DNA of 64,000 nucleotides from an uncultured Gemmatimonadales bacterium (GTDB lineage: Bacteria > Gemmatimonadota > Gemmatimonadetes > Gemmatimonadales > GWC2-71-9): assembly GCA_963779755.1 (NCBI GenBank), contig CAVZZO010000001.1:192001-256000 (forward strand). The letters are read 5' to 3'. Numbering within the stretch: the first letter of the stretch is position 1; every line of letters begins with the position of its first letter. The notes beneath the pieces were generated by a model. It saw only the letters and a list, made by a program, of their open reading frames with translations. It was not told where the DNA came from and searched no databases. The translations under genes and the position numbers were made by a program. Positions 9,540-18,708 of this stretch are shown here, piece after piece.

Positions 9540-9716
9540 TCAAAGCAGCGTAACCCGAATAAATACAGGCACTTGCGCGTTTCCAGCGAGGCCCTATCTT
9601 AGGCTCACGCCGGACGAGATCGCGAGAAATGCCTCCGCGCATGATCGAATGAGCTTCTGGCGGGTCTGGGCGGGATATCGGAGGAGATTGCCGACGCAAC
9701 CAAGGGCTCAGGCAAT

Positions 9717-9983
9717 CGGTGATCCCGGTGGCCACTCCAGTCCAGACCGATAAGGCCAGTCGCGTGCCTTATCCACCCCGATTCAGCGCCTCGGGGTGCA
9801 GTGCGGAAAGTCGGTCCGCGACCCGATTGATCCGCAGCGCCCGCAGTGATGAACCAGGTGGGATGGCCATCCGGCCTGGGGATCGAAGCCGAGGCCTCTG
9901 CAGACCTTACCGCGAGCGTATCAGTTCACGGCGGCAGCAGAGAGAAGAACGGCAGCAAACGCTCCGACCTCGGGTAATCACTG
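9717..9983 (+). ncRNA. Candidate ~270-nt structured non-coding RNA (possibly raiA-motif-related)
   Basis: End-closing helix 9717-9727/9971-9983, hairpins 9749-9773, 9774-9798, 9802-9836 and 9854-9879, helix 9914-9919/9959-9964, and complementary loops GTCGCG/CGCGAC. Lies between convergent genes and is followed by a strong hairpin. Confidence 0.6.
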
Positions 9984-9986
9984 TGC

Positions 9987-10028
9987 GGGACGGCCGCCTA
10001 GTCTGAGGGCTAGGCGGCCGTTCCATTT
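9987..10028 (+). terminator. Strong hairpin, probable (bidirectional) terminator
   Basis: ACGGCCGCCTAG/CTAGGCGGCCGT perfect 12-bp stem followed by TCCATTT. Confidence 0.65.
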
Positions 10029-10057
10029 CCCCCTCCCCAGGCCTCGCCGCCGCGAGG

Positions 10058-10669
10058 CTATGGCCTTCCGGAATCCTCGCGGGTGGACCTGCGCTTCGGA
10101 GAGTCGAGACCTCCCGCCAGCGGATTGGGCCCGGCGCCGAGCGGCCGCAGGCGGATGTTGATCGCCCGTAATACGTCGTTGGCCGAGGCATCGTACCGGT
10201 GAATCGCGTCCGCCGTCTTGAGCGCGGTGGACACTCCGTAGCCCCGAAGCTCCTCCGACTTGTCCCGATCGGTCCAGGCCGTAAACTTCTGCTGGCACGC
10301 CTTGAGGGAAGTTTCCAGCGCATCCATGTGCCGCCGCAGCATCAGGCGCTGCGGTTCCGGCACGCTGTCCATCAGCGGGGAGCGCAGGAACGATTCCCGC
10401 GTGGAGGGGAGCGTGCGGGAAGCGGCTCCGCACCGCTCCTGCAGTATCCGCGCGCGGGAGGACAGCACGTAGGATGAACTCTGGGAAAGATCGCGCTGCA
10501 GCCGGGCGATCGAGGCGGTGACACCGGCCAGGCTGTCGCGCAGGATCAGGTAGCCGTCCCGGACCGCCGCATGCGGCGGATCGAGCGGCTTCTCCGGCAG
10601 CGCAATGGCCTGGGCGGACAGTGGAACGGGAAGGGCCAGCAGACCCAGCAACAGCAGACGGCGGATCAC
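10058..10669 (-). CDS. Hypothetical secreted helical protein
   Basis: Signal peptide MIRRLLLLGLLALPVPLSA|Q and two Cys. Coupled to the upstream gene by GTGA overlap. Confidence 0.65.
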   Translation of the reverse strand: MIRRLLLLGLLALPVPLSAQAIALPEKPLDPPHAAVRDGYLILRDSLAGVTASIARLQRDLSQSSSYVLSSRARILQERCGAASRTLPSTRESFLRSPLMDSVPEPQRLMLRRHMDALETSLKACQQKFTAWTDRDKSEELRGYGVSTALKTADAIHRYDASANDVLRAINIRLRPLGAGPNPLAGGLDSPKRRSTREDSGRP

Positions 10670-11277
10670 GATTCCAGTCCCACCTCGATATAGCGGAACG
10701 AAGTCTCTTCACTGCTGGAGGAAAACAGGCACCCCGCCGCACTGGCGGCAAACCAGCCCGCCATCAGGGGGCGCGGACCGTCCAGTTCCTGAACCACCGG
10801 CCCCAGCCACCGCCGGATATGGCGGATCTCCGGAGCCCGCCGGCCCAGCAGCGAAATCAGCGCGCCCGTGCCCGAGGTGGCCCGGAGGAAATGCGCCAGG
10901 CTGTGCGCACGCTGGCTGAACTCCACGACCTTTACGCCCGGCTCGTCGAAGATCACCGCGCCGTCCATGGCATCCATGGGCGGCGCATCCAGCCGCGGCC
11001 CGAGATAGAGGAAGCGGCGGCCGTCTTCTCCTTTGCGCTCGATGACGGCGGCAGCGGTTTCGCTGGTCAGCCGCGCGGCATGCAGCAGGTCGTCATCGAA
11101 CAGGGCTCCGACCGCGTTGGTCCATTCGAGGGCCGCCAGCGCAGTTTCGACCGGGCAGCCCAGTGCCTCGTCGAACGCAAGCAGCCGGGGCGCTTCGCCG
11201 GCACGGAGCAGAAAATGGCTCAGGGCCTCCGCACGGTCGAGCAGCGTCCGGACCACCAGGCTGTTGGGCTGGGTCAT
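10666..11277 (-). CDS. Hypothetical protein with internal repeat
   Basis: Coding-like ORF. Repeated RAEALSHFLLRA / RAHSLAHFLRA segments. Confidence 0.7.
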   Translation of the reverse strand: MTQPNSLVVRTLLDRAEALSHFLLRAGEAPRLLAFDEALGCPVETALAALEWTNAVGALFDDDLLHAARLTSETAAAVIERKGEDGRRFLYLGPRLDAPPMDAMDGAVIFDEPGVKVVEFSQRAHSLAHFLRATSGTGALISLLGRRAPEIRHIRRWLGPVVQELDGPRPLMAGWFAASAAGCLFSSSSEETSFRYIEVGLES

Positions 11278-11411
11278 AGGAAGGAACAATAAGGTCTCCG
11301 GTCCCCAGTCTCCAGTCTCCCCCTGCCCCCGTTCCATTCTGGAGCCCCACCCTCCCGCGTCCGGCGAGGGCGCTAACCTCTTAGATTCCACCAGGCTTCA
11401 CGAGGCTCGCC

Positions 11412-11933
11412 ATGAAGGTCGAATGGAACAGTTACCAGTCACCGCTGGGCCCGCTGGTGCTGGTGGAATCTCCCGCCGGACCGCTGGTGGTGGAGTATGC
11501 CCAGCGCGCCGCGCTGCCTGAAACGGATGACCTGTTACGGCGGCGCTTCCCCGGCCTGGAGCCGGCGCTGGGACCCTGCCGGGCCACCAGCGGCTGGCTC
11601 GATGCCTACTTCGGTGGTCAGCCGCTTGGCTTTCCCTACCCGGAATACCTGGAGCGCTATCTGCGGGTCACCCCCGCCGCCGCGGCGGTCTGGCGGGCCA
11701 TGTGCGATATCCCCTTCGGCGAAACCCGCACCTATCAGGCGTTGGGGCGCGCCACCGGACTGCATGCCCGCCTGGTGGGGAGGATGGCGGGGGCCAATCA
11801 CCTGGCCATCCTGATCCCCTGCCACCGGGTAGTCGGCAGCCGGGGCGATCTGGTGGGATATGGCGGTGGTATCGGTCGCAAGCGGCGGCTGCTGGCGCAT
11901 GAGCTTCGCAGCAGTGGCGTTCTGCTTCGCTGA
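11412..11933 (+). CDS. ogt: Methylated-DNA-protein-cysteine methyltransferase
   Basis: SPLGPL, IPFGETRTY and IPCHRVV..GYGGG motifs. Confidence 0.92.
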   Translation: MKVEWNSYQSPLGPLVLVESPAGPLVVEYAQRAALPETDDLLRRRFPGLEPALGPCRATSGWLDAYFGGQPLGFPYPEYLERYLRVTPAAAAVWRAMCDIPFGETRTYQALGRATGLHARLVGRMAGANHLAILIPCHRVVGSRGDLVGYGGGIGRKRRLLAHELRSSGVLLR

Positions 11934-11950
11934 GATTTTCAACGACCATC

Positions 11951-12529
11951 ATGCTTCGATCACTCTGGGCGGCGCTCTCTCTCCGCCGGACGGCCCGGCT
12001 GCCCGGCCGCCGCTCGCTCCTGCCGACGGCGCTGGCCATACTCCTCGGTCCTCCCCTGCTGGCGGCGCAGGCCCCCGCCCGAGCGCCCCTCGGCATCTTT
12101 GGCTTTGCGCCGGGAGACAGCCTGCGGCAGATCCGGGCCGCCCTGTCGGCCCGCCACGGATCGGGCTGGGTCTGCCGCGGCTCGCGGGCAGACGCCTCCG
12201 TCGTCGAATGCCGGGGCAGCTTTCCCGATCCGCTGCATCGGAATCCGGTCACATTGTGGCTGTCGGCGATCGACGGGCGGGCGGGCATCCTGACGCTGCA
12301 GGCGATGCTGACGCCCGCGGGGCTGGCGGAGTGGCAGGACGGCTTGTCGGCCAGCTACGGCCCGGCCCCCGCCGAACGGCGGGGCCCGCTCCGTATGATG
12401 CAGTGGATCCGCAGCGGACGGATGCTGCGCCTCACCTGGCACGCCGGCGCCCGGGGGATCGAAGCGTCGATCAGCCTGGTTGACGGCGGCATCCTCGACC
12501 GATGGGGACGGCCGCGGAGCGGGGGCTAA
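11951..12529 (+). CDS. Hypothetical secreted protein
   Basis: Signal-like LAILLGPPLLAA|Q and a Cys pair. Start uncertain. Confidence 0.55.
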   Translation: MLRSLWAALSLRRTARLPGRRSLLPTALAILLGPPLLAAQAPARAPLGIFGFAPGDSLRQIRAALSARHGSGWVCRGSRADASVVECRGSFPDPLHRNPVTLWLSAIDGRAGILTLQAMLTPAGLAEWQDGLSASYGPAPAERRGPLRMMQWIRSGRMLRLTWHAGARGIEASISLVDGGILDRWGRPRSGG

Positions 12530-12831
12530 CCCGCGAGCCGCACCAGAAAGCTTCCTTCGGTGTCTTCCAGCTGATAGTCCCGCACCACCTTCCCTTCCTC
12601 GGCCAGCCGGCGCAGCAGGGTCCGTACCCGGCTGCGGACCGGGGCCCGACCGCCCGAGCGCCCGCGGCCCGTAATGAGGCGCACGATGGCTCCCGGGCGC
12701 ACCCGGGCCTGGCTGCGGAGAAACTGCTCGGCGGAATGCGCGGCTTCGAGCACTCTCTGGCCGTGCAGATCGAATACCATGGCGGGCGGCCGGTCGGTCC
12801 AGTCGAGCATCGTGTCGCTCCGGGGATCCAT
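12526..12831 (-). CDS. Stand-alone Smr domain protein
   Basis: FDLHG, LITGRGR and GSFLVRL motifs. Confidence 0.85.
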   Translation of the reverse strand: MDPRSDTMLDWTDRPPAMVFDLHGQRVLEAAHSAEQFLRSQARVRPGAIVRLITGRGRSGGRAPVRSRVRTLLRRLAEEGKVVRDYQLEDTEGSFLVRLAG

Positions 12832-13003
12832 GGGGCGTCAGTAGTCGCCCCGATTGCGCGTGTCAGGAGAAACTACTAACCTAGGGGGCCCTGGGTCAGT
12901 ATCGACAATCCGACACCGCGCTCGATACGCAAGCGGCTGCATGCGCCTGCGCGGCGAACACCGGATCTCGATTATTCTGCTTCCCGACCTCAATTCCGTT
13001 CCG

Positions 13004-14119
13004 ATGCCACGCCGTCTCTTTCCGCTGGCGGTCCTGCTGGCTCTTGCTGCCTGCGGTCGCAGCCACAGGCCGATACAAATCGGCATTGCGGGGACGTTCA
13101 GCGATTCGCTGACGGTCTCCATGCGGCATGCCGCGGAGCTCGCCGCCGAGGAGATCAACGCGACCGGCGGGATCGGCGGCCGCCGGCTCGAGCTGGTGCT
13201 GCGCGATGACTACGGCAGCGTGGACTCGGCGGTCCGGGTGGCAACCGAGTTGTACCGGAGCGACGTGGTCGCCGTCATCGGTCACAGCTTTTCCGCGCCG
13301 ACGCTGGCAGCCGCCCCGGTCTATAACGGCGGCGCGCATCCCCTGGTACAGATCTCTCCCTCCGCCTCCTCGCCCGACATCAGCAACGCCGGCCGGTATA
13401 CCTTCCGCGTCTGCCCCAGCGACCTGGCGCACGGCAGCGTCCTGGCGCGCTGGGCACGCCAGCACCTGGGCTACGAGCGCGGTGCCATTCTGTATCTGAA
13501 CAACGGCTACGGCCGCGGCATCCGGCAGACCTTCTCCGGCGAATTTACCCGGCTGGGCGGGCAGGTCCTCTCGATGGATCCGTATCTCGGCGATACGCCC
13601 GAAGTGGATCCCTATCTCGACCGTATCGCGGCCCGGCAGCAGGCCCAGTTCATCCTCCTCGCCGGCTACCAGCCGGACGCCACCGTGGCCATTCGCGATG
13701 CGCGGGCGCGGGGCATCACGGTTCCGTTCCTGGGCGGCGACGGGCTGGAACAGATCTATCAGCTGGGTCCGCTGGCCGAAGGCACTTACGTAACCAACGC
13801 CTACTTCGAGAGCATCGCCACACCCGGCAACCGACAGTTTCTCCAGCGATACCACCGGCGCTTCCCGCGGGGAGCGACGCCCAACCAGTCGGCCATCGGG
13901 ACCTGGGACGCATTAATGCTGCTGCGCGAGGTCATCGCCCGAACCGGTACCGACCGTGCCGCCATCCGCGCCGGGGTCGCGGCCGTCGGCTCCACCCAGC
14001 CGGCCTACCAGGGGCTGACCCGCCGGATTGCGTTCGACCAGCACGGCGATCTGGCCGATCAGAATGTGTTCATCGGGATGGTGCGCGGAGGTCGTGTCAT
14101 TCCGGTGAGCACGCAATGA
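13004..14119 (+). CDS. LivJ/LivK-type periplasmic binding lipoprotein
   Basis: LAAC lipobox, AAEEINATGGIGGRRLEL, VIGH and YTFRVCPSD motifs. Confidence 0.9.
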   Translation: MPRRLFPLAVLLALAACGRSHRPIQIGIAGTFSDSLTVSMRHAAELAAEEINATGGIGGRRLELVLRDDYGSVDSAVRVATELYRSDVVAVIGHSFSAPTLAAAPVYNGGAHPLVQISPSASSPDISNAGRYTFRVCPSDLAHGSVLARWARQHLGYERGAILYLNNGYGRGIRQTFSGEFTRLGGQVLSMDPYLGDTPEVDPYLDRIAARQQAQFILLAGYQPDATVAIRDARARGITVPFLGGDGLEQIYQLGPLAEGTYVTNAYFESIATPGNRQFLQRYHRRFPRGATPNQSAIGTWDALMLLREVIARTGTDRAAIRAGVAAVGSTQPAYQGLTRRIAFDQHGDLADQNVFIGMVRGGRVIPVSTQ

Positions 14120-15240
14120 GGCTCCGCGAGCGCGCCGCCGCCGCGGGGCTCCTCCTTCTCGGCATTGCGGCGTGCCGGGGCGGCGACCGGACCGCCATTA
14201 CCATCGGCTGGGCGGGGCCGGCCACCGACTCGATCGGCGCGGGCTCGCTCCGGGCGGCACGGCTCGCGGTCGATGAAATCAACGCCGCCGGCGGCGTCGG
14301 TGGCCGGCAGTTCGTGCTGCTCGCCGCCGACGACGCGGGAGACGCCGACTCCGCGGTGCGGGTAGCGCAGATGCTGGCCGCCAGCCCGGCGGTGGCGGTC
14401 ATCGGCCATATCTACTCCAGCGCGACGCTGGCCGCGGCGCCGGTCTACAACGGGGCAAAGGATCCGGTGGTCGAGATCTCGCCCTCGTCTTCTTCCCCCG
14501 AGGTGAGTCTGGCGGGGCCTTACACGTTCCGGGTCTGTCCCAGCGACGATCAATACGGCGCGGCCCTGGCCCGCTGGACTTTCCAGCATCTGGGGCTGCT
14601 GCAGGGAGCGGTGGTCTACGTCAACGACGACTACGGCCGCGGCTTCCGCCAGACCTTTACCGGCGAATTCGAGCGCCTGGGAGGGACCGTGACCGAGATC
14701 GACCCGTTTCTGGCGGCATCGCCCGAAGCCGGGCCCTACCTCGACCGGATCGCCCAGTCGGGGGCGCAGTTTCTGGTCCTGGCCGCCAATATTGAGGAAG
14801 GAGAGAAGGTCCTGCGCCAGGTGCGCACCAGCGACGTGTCGCTGCCGCTCTTGGCGGGTGACGGGTTCGACGGCATCGAGGACGCGGGGGCCGTGGCCGA
14901 AGGGATCTTCGTGACCACCGGATATCTCGCCAGTGAGCCGTCGGCGGCCAACCGGCGGCTGGTGGAGGCCTACCACGCGCGATATCCCGACGCGGGGCCG
15001 CTGGATCAGCCCTCCGCCGCCACGTACGACATTGTTTATCTCCTGCGCCGGGTGCTGGCTCAGGCGGGCAGCGACCGCCAGGCCGTGCGCGACGCGCTGG
15101 CGCGGGTGGGGAGCGCCGATCCGGCCTTCGCCGGCGTCACCGGCAGGATCGCGTTCGACTCCCTGGGAGACGTTCCCTCCCTGGAGGTGCGCATGGGGGT
15201 GGTGCAGAACGGAGTTCTCCGGCCTGCGGAGGAGCAGTGA
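14116..15240 (+). CDS. LivJ/LivK-type periplasmic binding lipoprotein (tandem paralog)
   Basis: IAAC lipobox, [14 protein letters not shown] and YTFRVCPSD motifs. ATGA overlap. Confidence 0.9.
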   Translation: MRLRERAAAAGLLLLGIAACRGGDRTAITIGWAGPATDSIGAGSLRAARLAVDEINAAGGVGGRQFVLLAADDAGDADSAVRVAQMLAASPAVAVIGHIYSSATLAAAPVYNGAKDPVVEISPSSSSPEVSLAGPYTFRVCPSDDQYGAALARWTFQHLGLLQGAVVYVNDDYGRGFRQTFTGEFERLGGTVTEIDPFLAASPEAGPYLDRIAQSGAQFLVLAANIEEGEKVLRQVRTSDVSLPLLAGDGFDGIEDAGAVAEGIFVTTGYLASEPSAANRRLVEAYHARYPDAGPLDQPSAATYDIVYLLRRVLAQAGSDRQAVRDALARVGSADPAFAGVTGRIAFDSLGDVPSLEVRMGVVQNGVLRPAEEQ

Positions 15241-16931
15241 AACTGTTCAAGGGTCTGACCGAGCGTATCTGGCTGCTGACCGCCGTGCTGCTGCTCCCCT
15301 TTTTCCTGATCACGGGGCTTGGCATCTGGGCGCTGCGCTCGGTGGGCCGGACGGCGAGTACCGAGCTGTCGGGGCTGGCCGTCGAAGCCGACGTGGGCAG
15401 CGGACTGGTCGGCTGGGTCATCGGAGAGATCCGGGCCGCCCAGCAGTATCTGCTCGCGCCCTCGTACCAACTGCGATTCCAGTTTATCGCGGCGGGCGAT
15501 TCGGCCTATGCCTACCAGCGCCGCTTCCGCGACCTGCCCTCTCTCACCAACGAAGAGCGGCTGGTGCTGAACCGCATCGCGGTGAAGCAATCCGAAATCG
15601 AAGTCGCCTACAGCCTGGCGCACGCGGAGGCCGATCTCGGCCGCACCGAGCAGGCCATGGCGCAGGCCGCCGCGGCCCAGGCCCCCGCCGATTCCCTGAT
15701 CGCCATGGTGCGGGGCCTCACCGCCTCGCAGGCCCGCGCGGCCCTGGCCCGGGCCGCCGTGCTGCGGCGGGAAGCCACCCGCAGCCAGTCCGTCATGGGC
15801 GTGGTATTCCTCGTGGTGCTGATCTTCGGGCTTATCATTGCCGTCTGGACCATTACCGCGATCGCCGAGCATCTCCGGCGGCTGGTGGGAGCCGCCGAAC
15901 GCTTCGGCTCCGGCGACCTCCGACCGGTCCAGCTGGGCCAGATGCCCACCGAACTGCAGCTGCTGGCCAGCACACTGGACAGTACCGGCGCCCGGCTCCG
16001 TACCGTCGTCGTCGAGGTCATCCGGGAAGCGGACCAGATCAGCACCAGTGCCGGCGAGTTCTCTGCCATGAGTCAGGAGCTGGCCGCAAGCGGACACGAG
16101 ATCTCCACCGCCATGGTCAAGGTGTCCACCAGCGCCGAAGGACAGGTGCAGGGAATGCGCCGGGCCGACGGCATGCTGGAACAGCTGCGCCAGGCCACCA
16201 CCACCAACGTCGAGGCGGCCAATCGGGTGGTCGGCCTGGGCGAGAACATCCGCGGGATCGCCGCGCAGCACCAGGCGGATGTCGATGCGGCCCGGCGGAC
16301 CCTGCTGGATGTGCGGGAGGTGGTCCGGACATCCTCGCAGCAGATCCGCCAGTTGGCGCAGCTGTCCGCTTCGATCACGGCATTCATCGATCTGATCAAG
16401 CAGATCTCCAGCCAGACCAACCTGTTGGCGCTCAACGCCGCCATCGAAGCGGCCCGGGCGGGCGAGCAGGGCCGCGGGTTTGCCGTGGTGGCCGAGGAGG
16501 TCCGCAATCTGGCCGACTCCAGCGCCCGGGCAGCCGAAGACGTCACCAAGACTGTCCAGCTCCTGCTGACGCAGGTGCGTGATGCCTCGAGCACCATGGA
16601 GGCCGGTAGCGGGAAAGTGGAGGGTATCGAGCACGTAGCGCACGCCGCAGCCCGGGGGCTGGAAGAGATCGCCCAGGCGGTCGCCGAGATTCAGGAGGCC
16701 GCTGCCCGGGTAAAGAGCGAAGCAGAGAAAAACCAGGCGGTAGTGGACAGCCTCGGGGATGTCACCGGCCAGGCGGCAGGGGCCGCCGCCGAACACGCCA
16801 CCTCAAGCGAAGCCGTGACCGCCGCGGCCGAAGAACAGAACGCTGCCACCGAGGAGATGGCGGCGGCGGCGAGCGAATTGCTTCATGGCGCCAACCGGCT
16901 GACCGGGCTGGTCTCCGACTTCAAGACCTGA
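15237..16931 (+). CDS. Methyl-accepting chemotaxis protein
   Basis: Two TM helices, HAMP region and [31 protein letters not shown] signalling tip. Confidence 0.95.
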   Translation: MKLFKGLTERIWLLTAVLLLPFFLITGLGIWALRSVGRTASTELSGLAVEADVGSGLVGWVIGEIRAAQQYLLAPSYQLRFQFIAAGDSAYAYQRRFRDLPSLTNEERLVLNRIAVKQSEIEVAYSLAHAEADLGRTEQAMAQAAAAQAPADSLIAMVRGLTASQARAALARAAVLRREATRSQSVMGVVFLVVLIFGLIIAVWTITAIAEHLRRLVGAAERFGSGDLRPVQLGQMPTELQLLASTLDSTGARLRTVVVEVIREADQISTSAGEFSAMSQELAASGHEISTAMVKVSTSAEGQVQGMRRADGMLEQLRQATTTNVEAANRVVGLGENIRGIAAQHQADVDAARRTLLDVREVVRTSSQQIRQLAQLSASITAFIDLIKQISSQTNLLALNAAIEAARAGEQGRGFAVVAEEVRNLADSSARAAEDVTKTVQLLLTQVRDASSTMEAGSGKVEGIEHVAHAAARGLEEIAQAVAEIQEAAARVKSEAEKNQAVVDSLGDVTGQAAGAAAEHATSSEAVTAAAEEQNAATEEMAAAASELLHGANRLTGLVSDFKT

Positions 16932-16939
16932 CGCCCGGC

Positions 16940-17395
16940 CTAGCGCCGCTTGGACTTGGGCGCGGCCTTCTTGTGGGCGGCCCGGGCCTTGGGCTTCGCG
17001 GCGGCTTTGGGCTTGGGTTTCGCCTTGGGCTTGGCCTTGGGCTTGGCGGCGGCTTTGGCCTTGGGTTTCGGCTTGGCGGCCGCCTTGGCCTGGGTCGCGG
17101 GACGTGGCGGGGCCTTGCTCGTCTTGGTGCGCCGCTCTGCTGCCCGGTCGGCGCGCCGCTGGGCGGCGGCCTGGACCTCCTCCAGCAACCGCTCACCTTC
17201 CTCCGCCCCCAGCAGACTCCGCCGGACCGAGTAGCGGATAAGCTCTTCGGCATCGGCGGCATCGAAATCGGTCAGGCGGGCAGCGGCACGAATGACATTC
17301 ACGAGCGCATCGGCCACCGGACTCCGCAGCACCGTCGCAATCCCCGGGAGGGTCTCGAGCAGCGTTGAGATCTGAGAACCACCGAGATCAGTCAC
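16940..17395 (-). CDS. Protein with histone-H1-like Lys/Ala/Pro-rich tail
   Basis: AKPKPKAKAAAKPK repeats. AGGAGG RBS before a TTG/GTG start. Confidence 0.75.
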   Translation of the reverse strand: MTDLGGSQISTLLETLPGIATVLRSPVADALVNVIRAAARLTDFDAADAEELIRYSVRRSLLGAEEGERLLEEVQAAAQRRADRAAERRTKTSKAPPRPATQAKAAAKPKPKAKAAAKPKAKPKAKPKPKAAAKPKARAAHKKAAPKSKRR

Positions 17396-17786
17396 CAACG
17401 CTAACCCTCCTTTCGGGCCCCCCCAGTGAGCCCTGGTCAGTTGCCAAAAAACTTGACGGCAACGTAGCCGGGATGCACCAGACACGTCAAGGAGATGGCC
17501 CGAACATGCGAAAGCGTTGCGGCTACTGGTTTTGCTGCATTGGCTGTATGGCCAGTCTAACAACACATACCAAAACAGCCCGCCTGCGAGCAGCGGAAAC
17601 TTGATCGGGGCAGACTGCCTGACTGACCAGTCGCGCGCTTGGCCGATCTCGCGTCGAGTCGGACCCCTGGAACAAGCATCCAGCGCATGCACCTGCATGC
17701 AGCTTGGTCATAACACCTTGGTCTGGGGGATGGACCTGCCAATGTACGGGCGGATTTGCGGTCGGGCAACCACGAGCGGTCTTCGG

Positions 17787-18191
17787 CTACCGCCCTCTTT
17801 TGACCGTCAGGTCGATATGAGAATGCTGGTAGGCACGGTGGGTGGTGCAGAAGAGCTGGTAGGTCCCGTCCGGTACTTTGGGCACCACCAGAGAGTACTG
17901 ATCGCCCGCCTGCAGAAGGAGCGGACCCCGGAGTTCGCCTACCCGGTCGGGAAAGGCCCGGTTCCACGCGGCCGCCACCCGCGCATCGAGCCCGGCTGCC
18001 AGCATCCCGACGGCGTGCGGCGCGCCGCCCATCACCCGGAAGCGGAGGACATCGCCGGGACGAACCGTGAGCCGGGCGGGTTCCATGCGAGGGGAGCCGT
18101 CTGCGCCGGCATTGAGCGTCACCACCACCGGCCGCTGCGCTGCCAGTGGGGCGGCCAGCGCCAGCAGCAGGCCGGTAGCCAGAACGGACAA
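17787..18191 (-). CDS. Secreted cupredoxin (plastocyanin/azurin-like)
   Basis: EPARLTVRPGDVLRF, GAPHAV and GTYQLFCTTH motifs, with a signal peptide. TTG start is tentative. Confidence 0.75.
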   Translation of the reverse strand: MSVLATGLLLALAAPLAAQRPVVVTLNAGADGSPRMEPARLTVRPGDVLRFRVMGGAPHAVGMLAAGLDARVAAAWNRAFPDRVGELRGPLLLQAGDQYSLVVPKVPDGTYQLFCTTHRAYQHSHIDLTVKRGR

Positions 18192-18309
18192 GCGAAGTCT
18201 TCGGGCGATATTCGCGAGAGGTTTGCCGGTGTTCCTGACCGGACCTAGATTCGAAGAACGCGGCCAGCTGGCGACCGCGCCGGCCGCCAGGCCGCGGGAA
18301 GGAACTACC

Positions 18310-18573
18310 GTGGGACGACGAGGCATCAAGGAATACCGGGCCTCCGAGGCGCTGAACTTGATCGCGGCCGACCGCGACCGGGAAGCGCTCGTTTGCCCCA
18401 GTTGCGGGTCGACCGATATCGAACGTATCCCCAGGCGTCCCGCAAAACCAGGGCAGCGCGAAGCCGGCCGGGTCACCCTCCATTGCCAGAAGTGTGGCCG
18501 CTCGGCGGTATATCTTGCCGGGGCGGCCAGCCCCGAGCGCCCCCGGCCCGGGCACAACCAGCCGACCTCCTGA
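18310..18573 (+). CDS. Small zinc-ribbon protein
   Basis: CPSCG...CQKCG. Purine-rich RBS before the GTG start. Confidence 0.65.
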   Translation: MGRRGIKEYRASEALNLIAADRDREALVCPSCGSTDIERIPRRPAKPGQREAGRVTLHCQKCGRSAVYLAGAASPERPRPGHNQPTS

Positions 18574-18708
18574 CGCCCGGCAGCCGCCGGGCGTTTCTGC
18601 TGCGCGCCGCTGAACACTCTCGCCGCACTGGCCCTTGCGCCCTGACGCACTATATATCTCGGCCGCGTGCCGTCCAGGCGCGCGGTACCCGTTCCACCGG
18701 AGTAACGC

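Noticed and set aside
9801..9960. RNase P RNA, tmRNA, SRP RNA or cobalamin riboswitch as the identity of the structured region
   Set aside because: GGAAAGTC only partly matches the RNase P core and the 3' partner is missing. There is no tRNA-like end, no SRP helix-8 motif, no B12 box and no downstream gene to regulate.
17506..17604. Cys-rich 32-aa ORF MRKRCGYWFCCIGC.. with upstream AAGGAG
   Set aside because: Codon usage is AT-rich at third positions, unlike genuine genes here. The RBS spacing is long and there is no other support.
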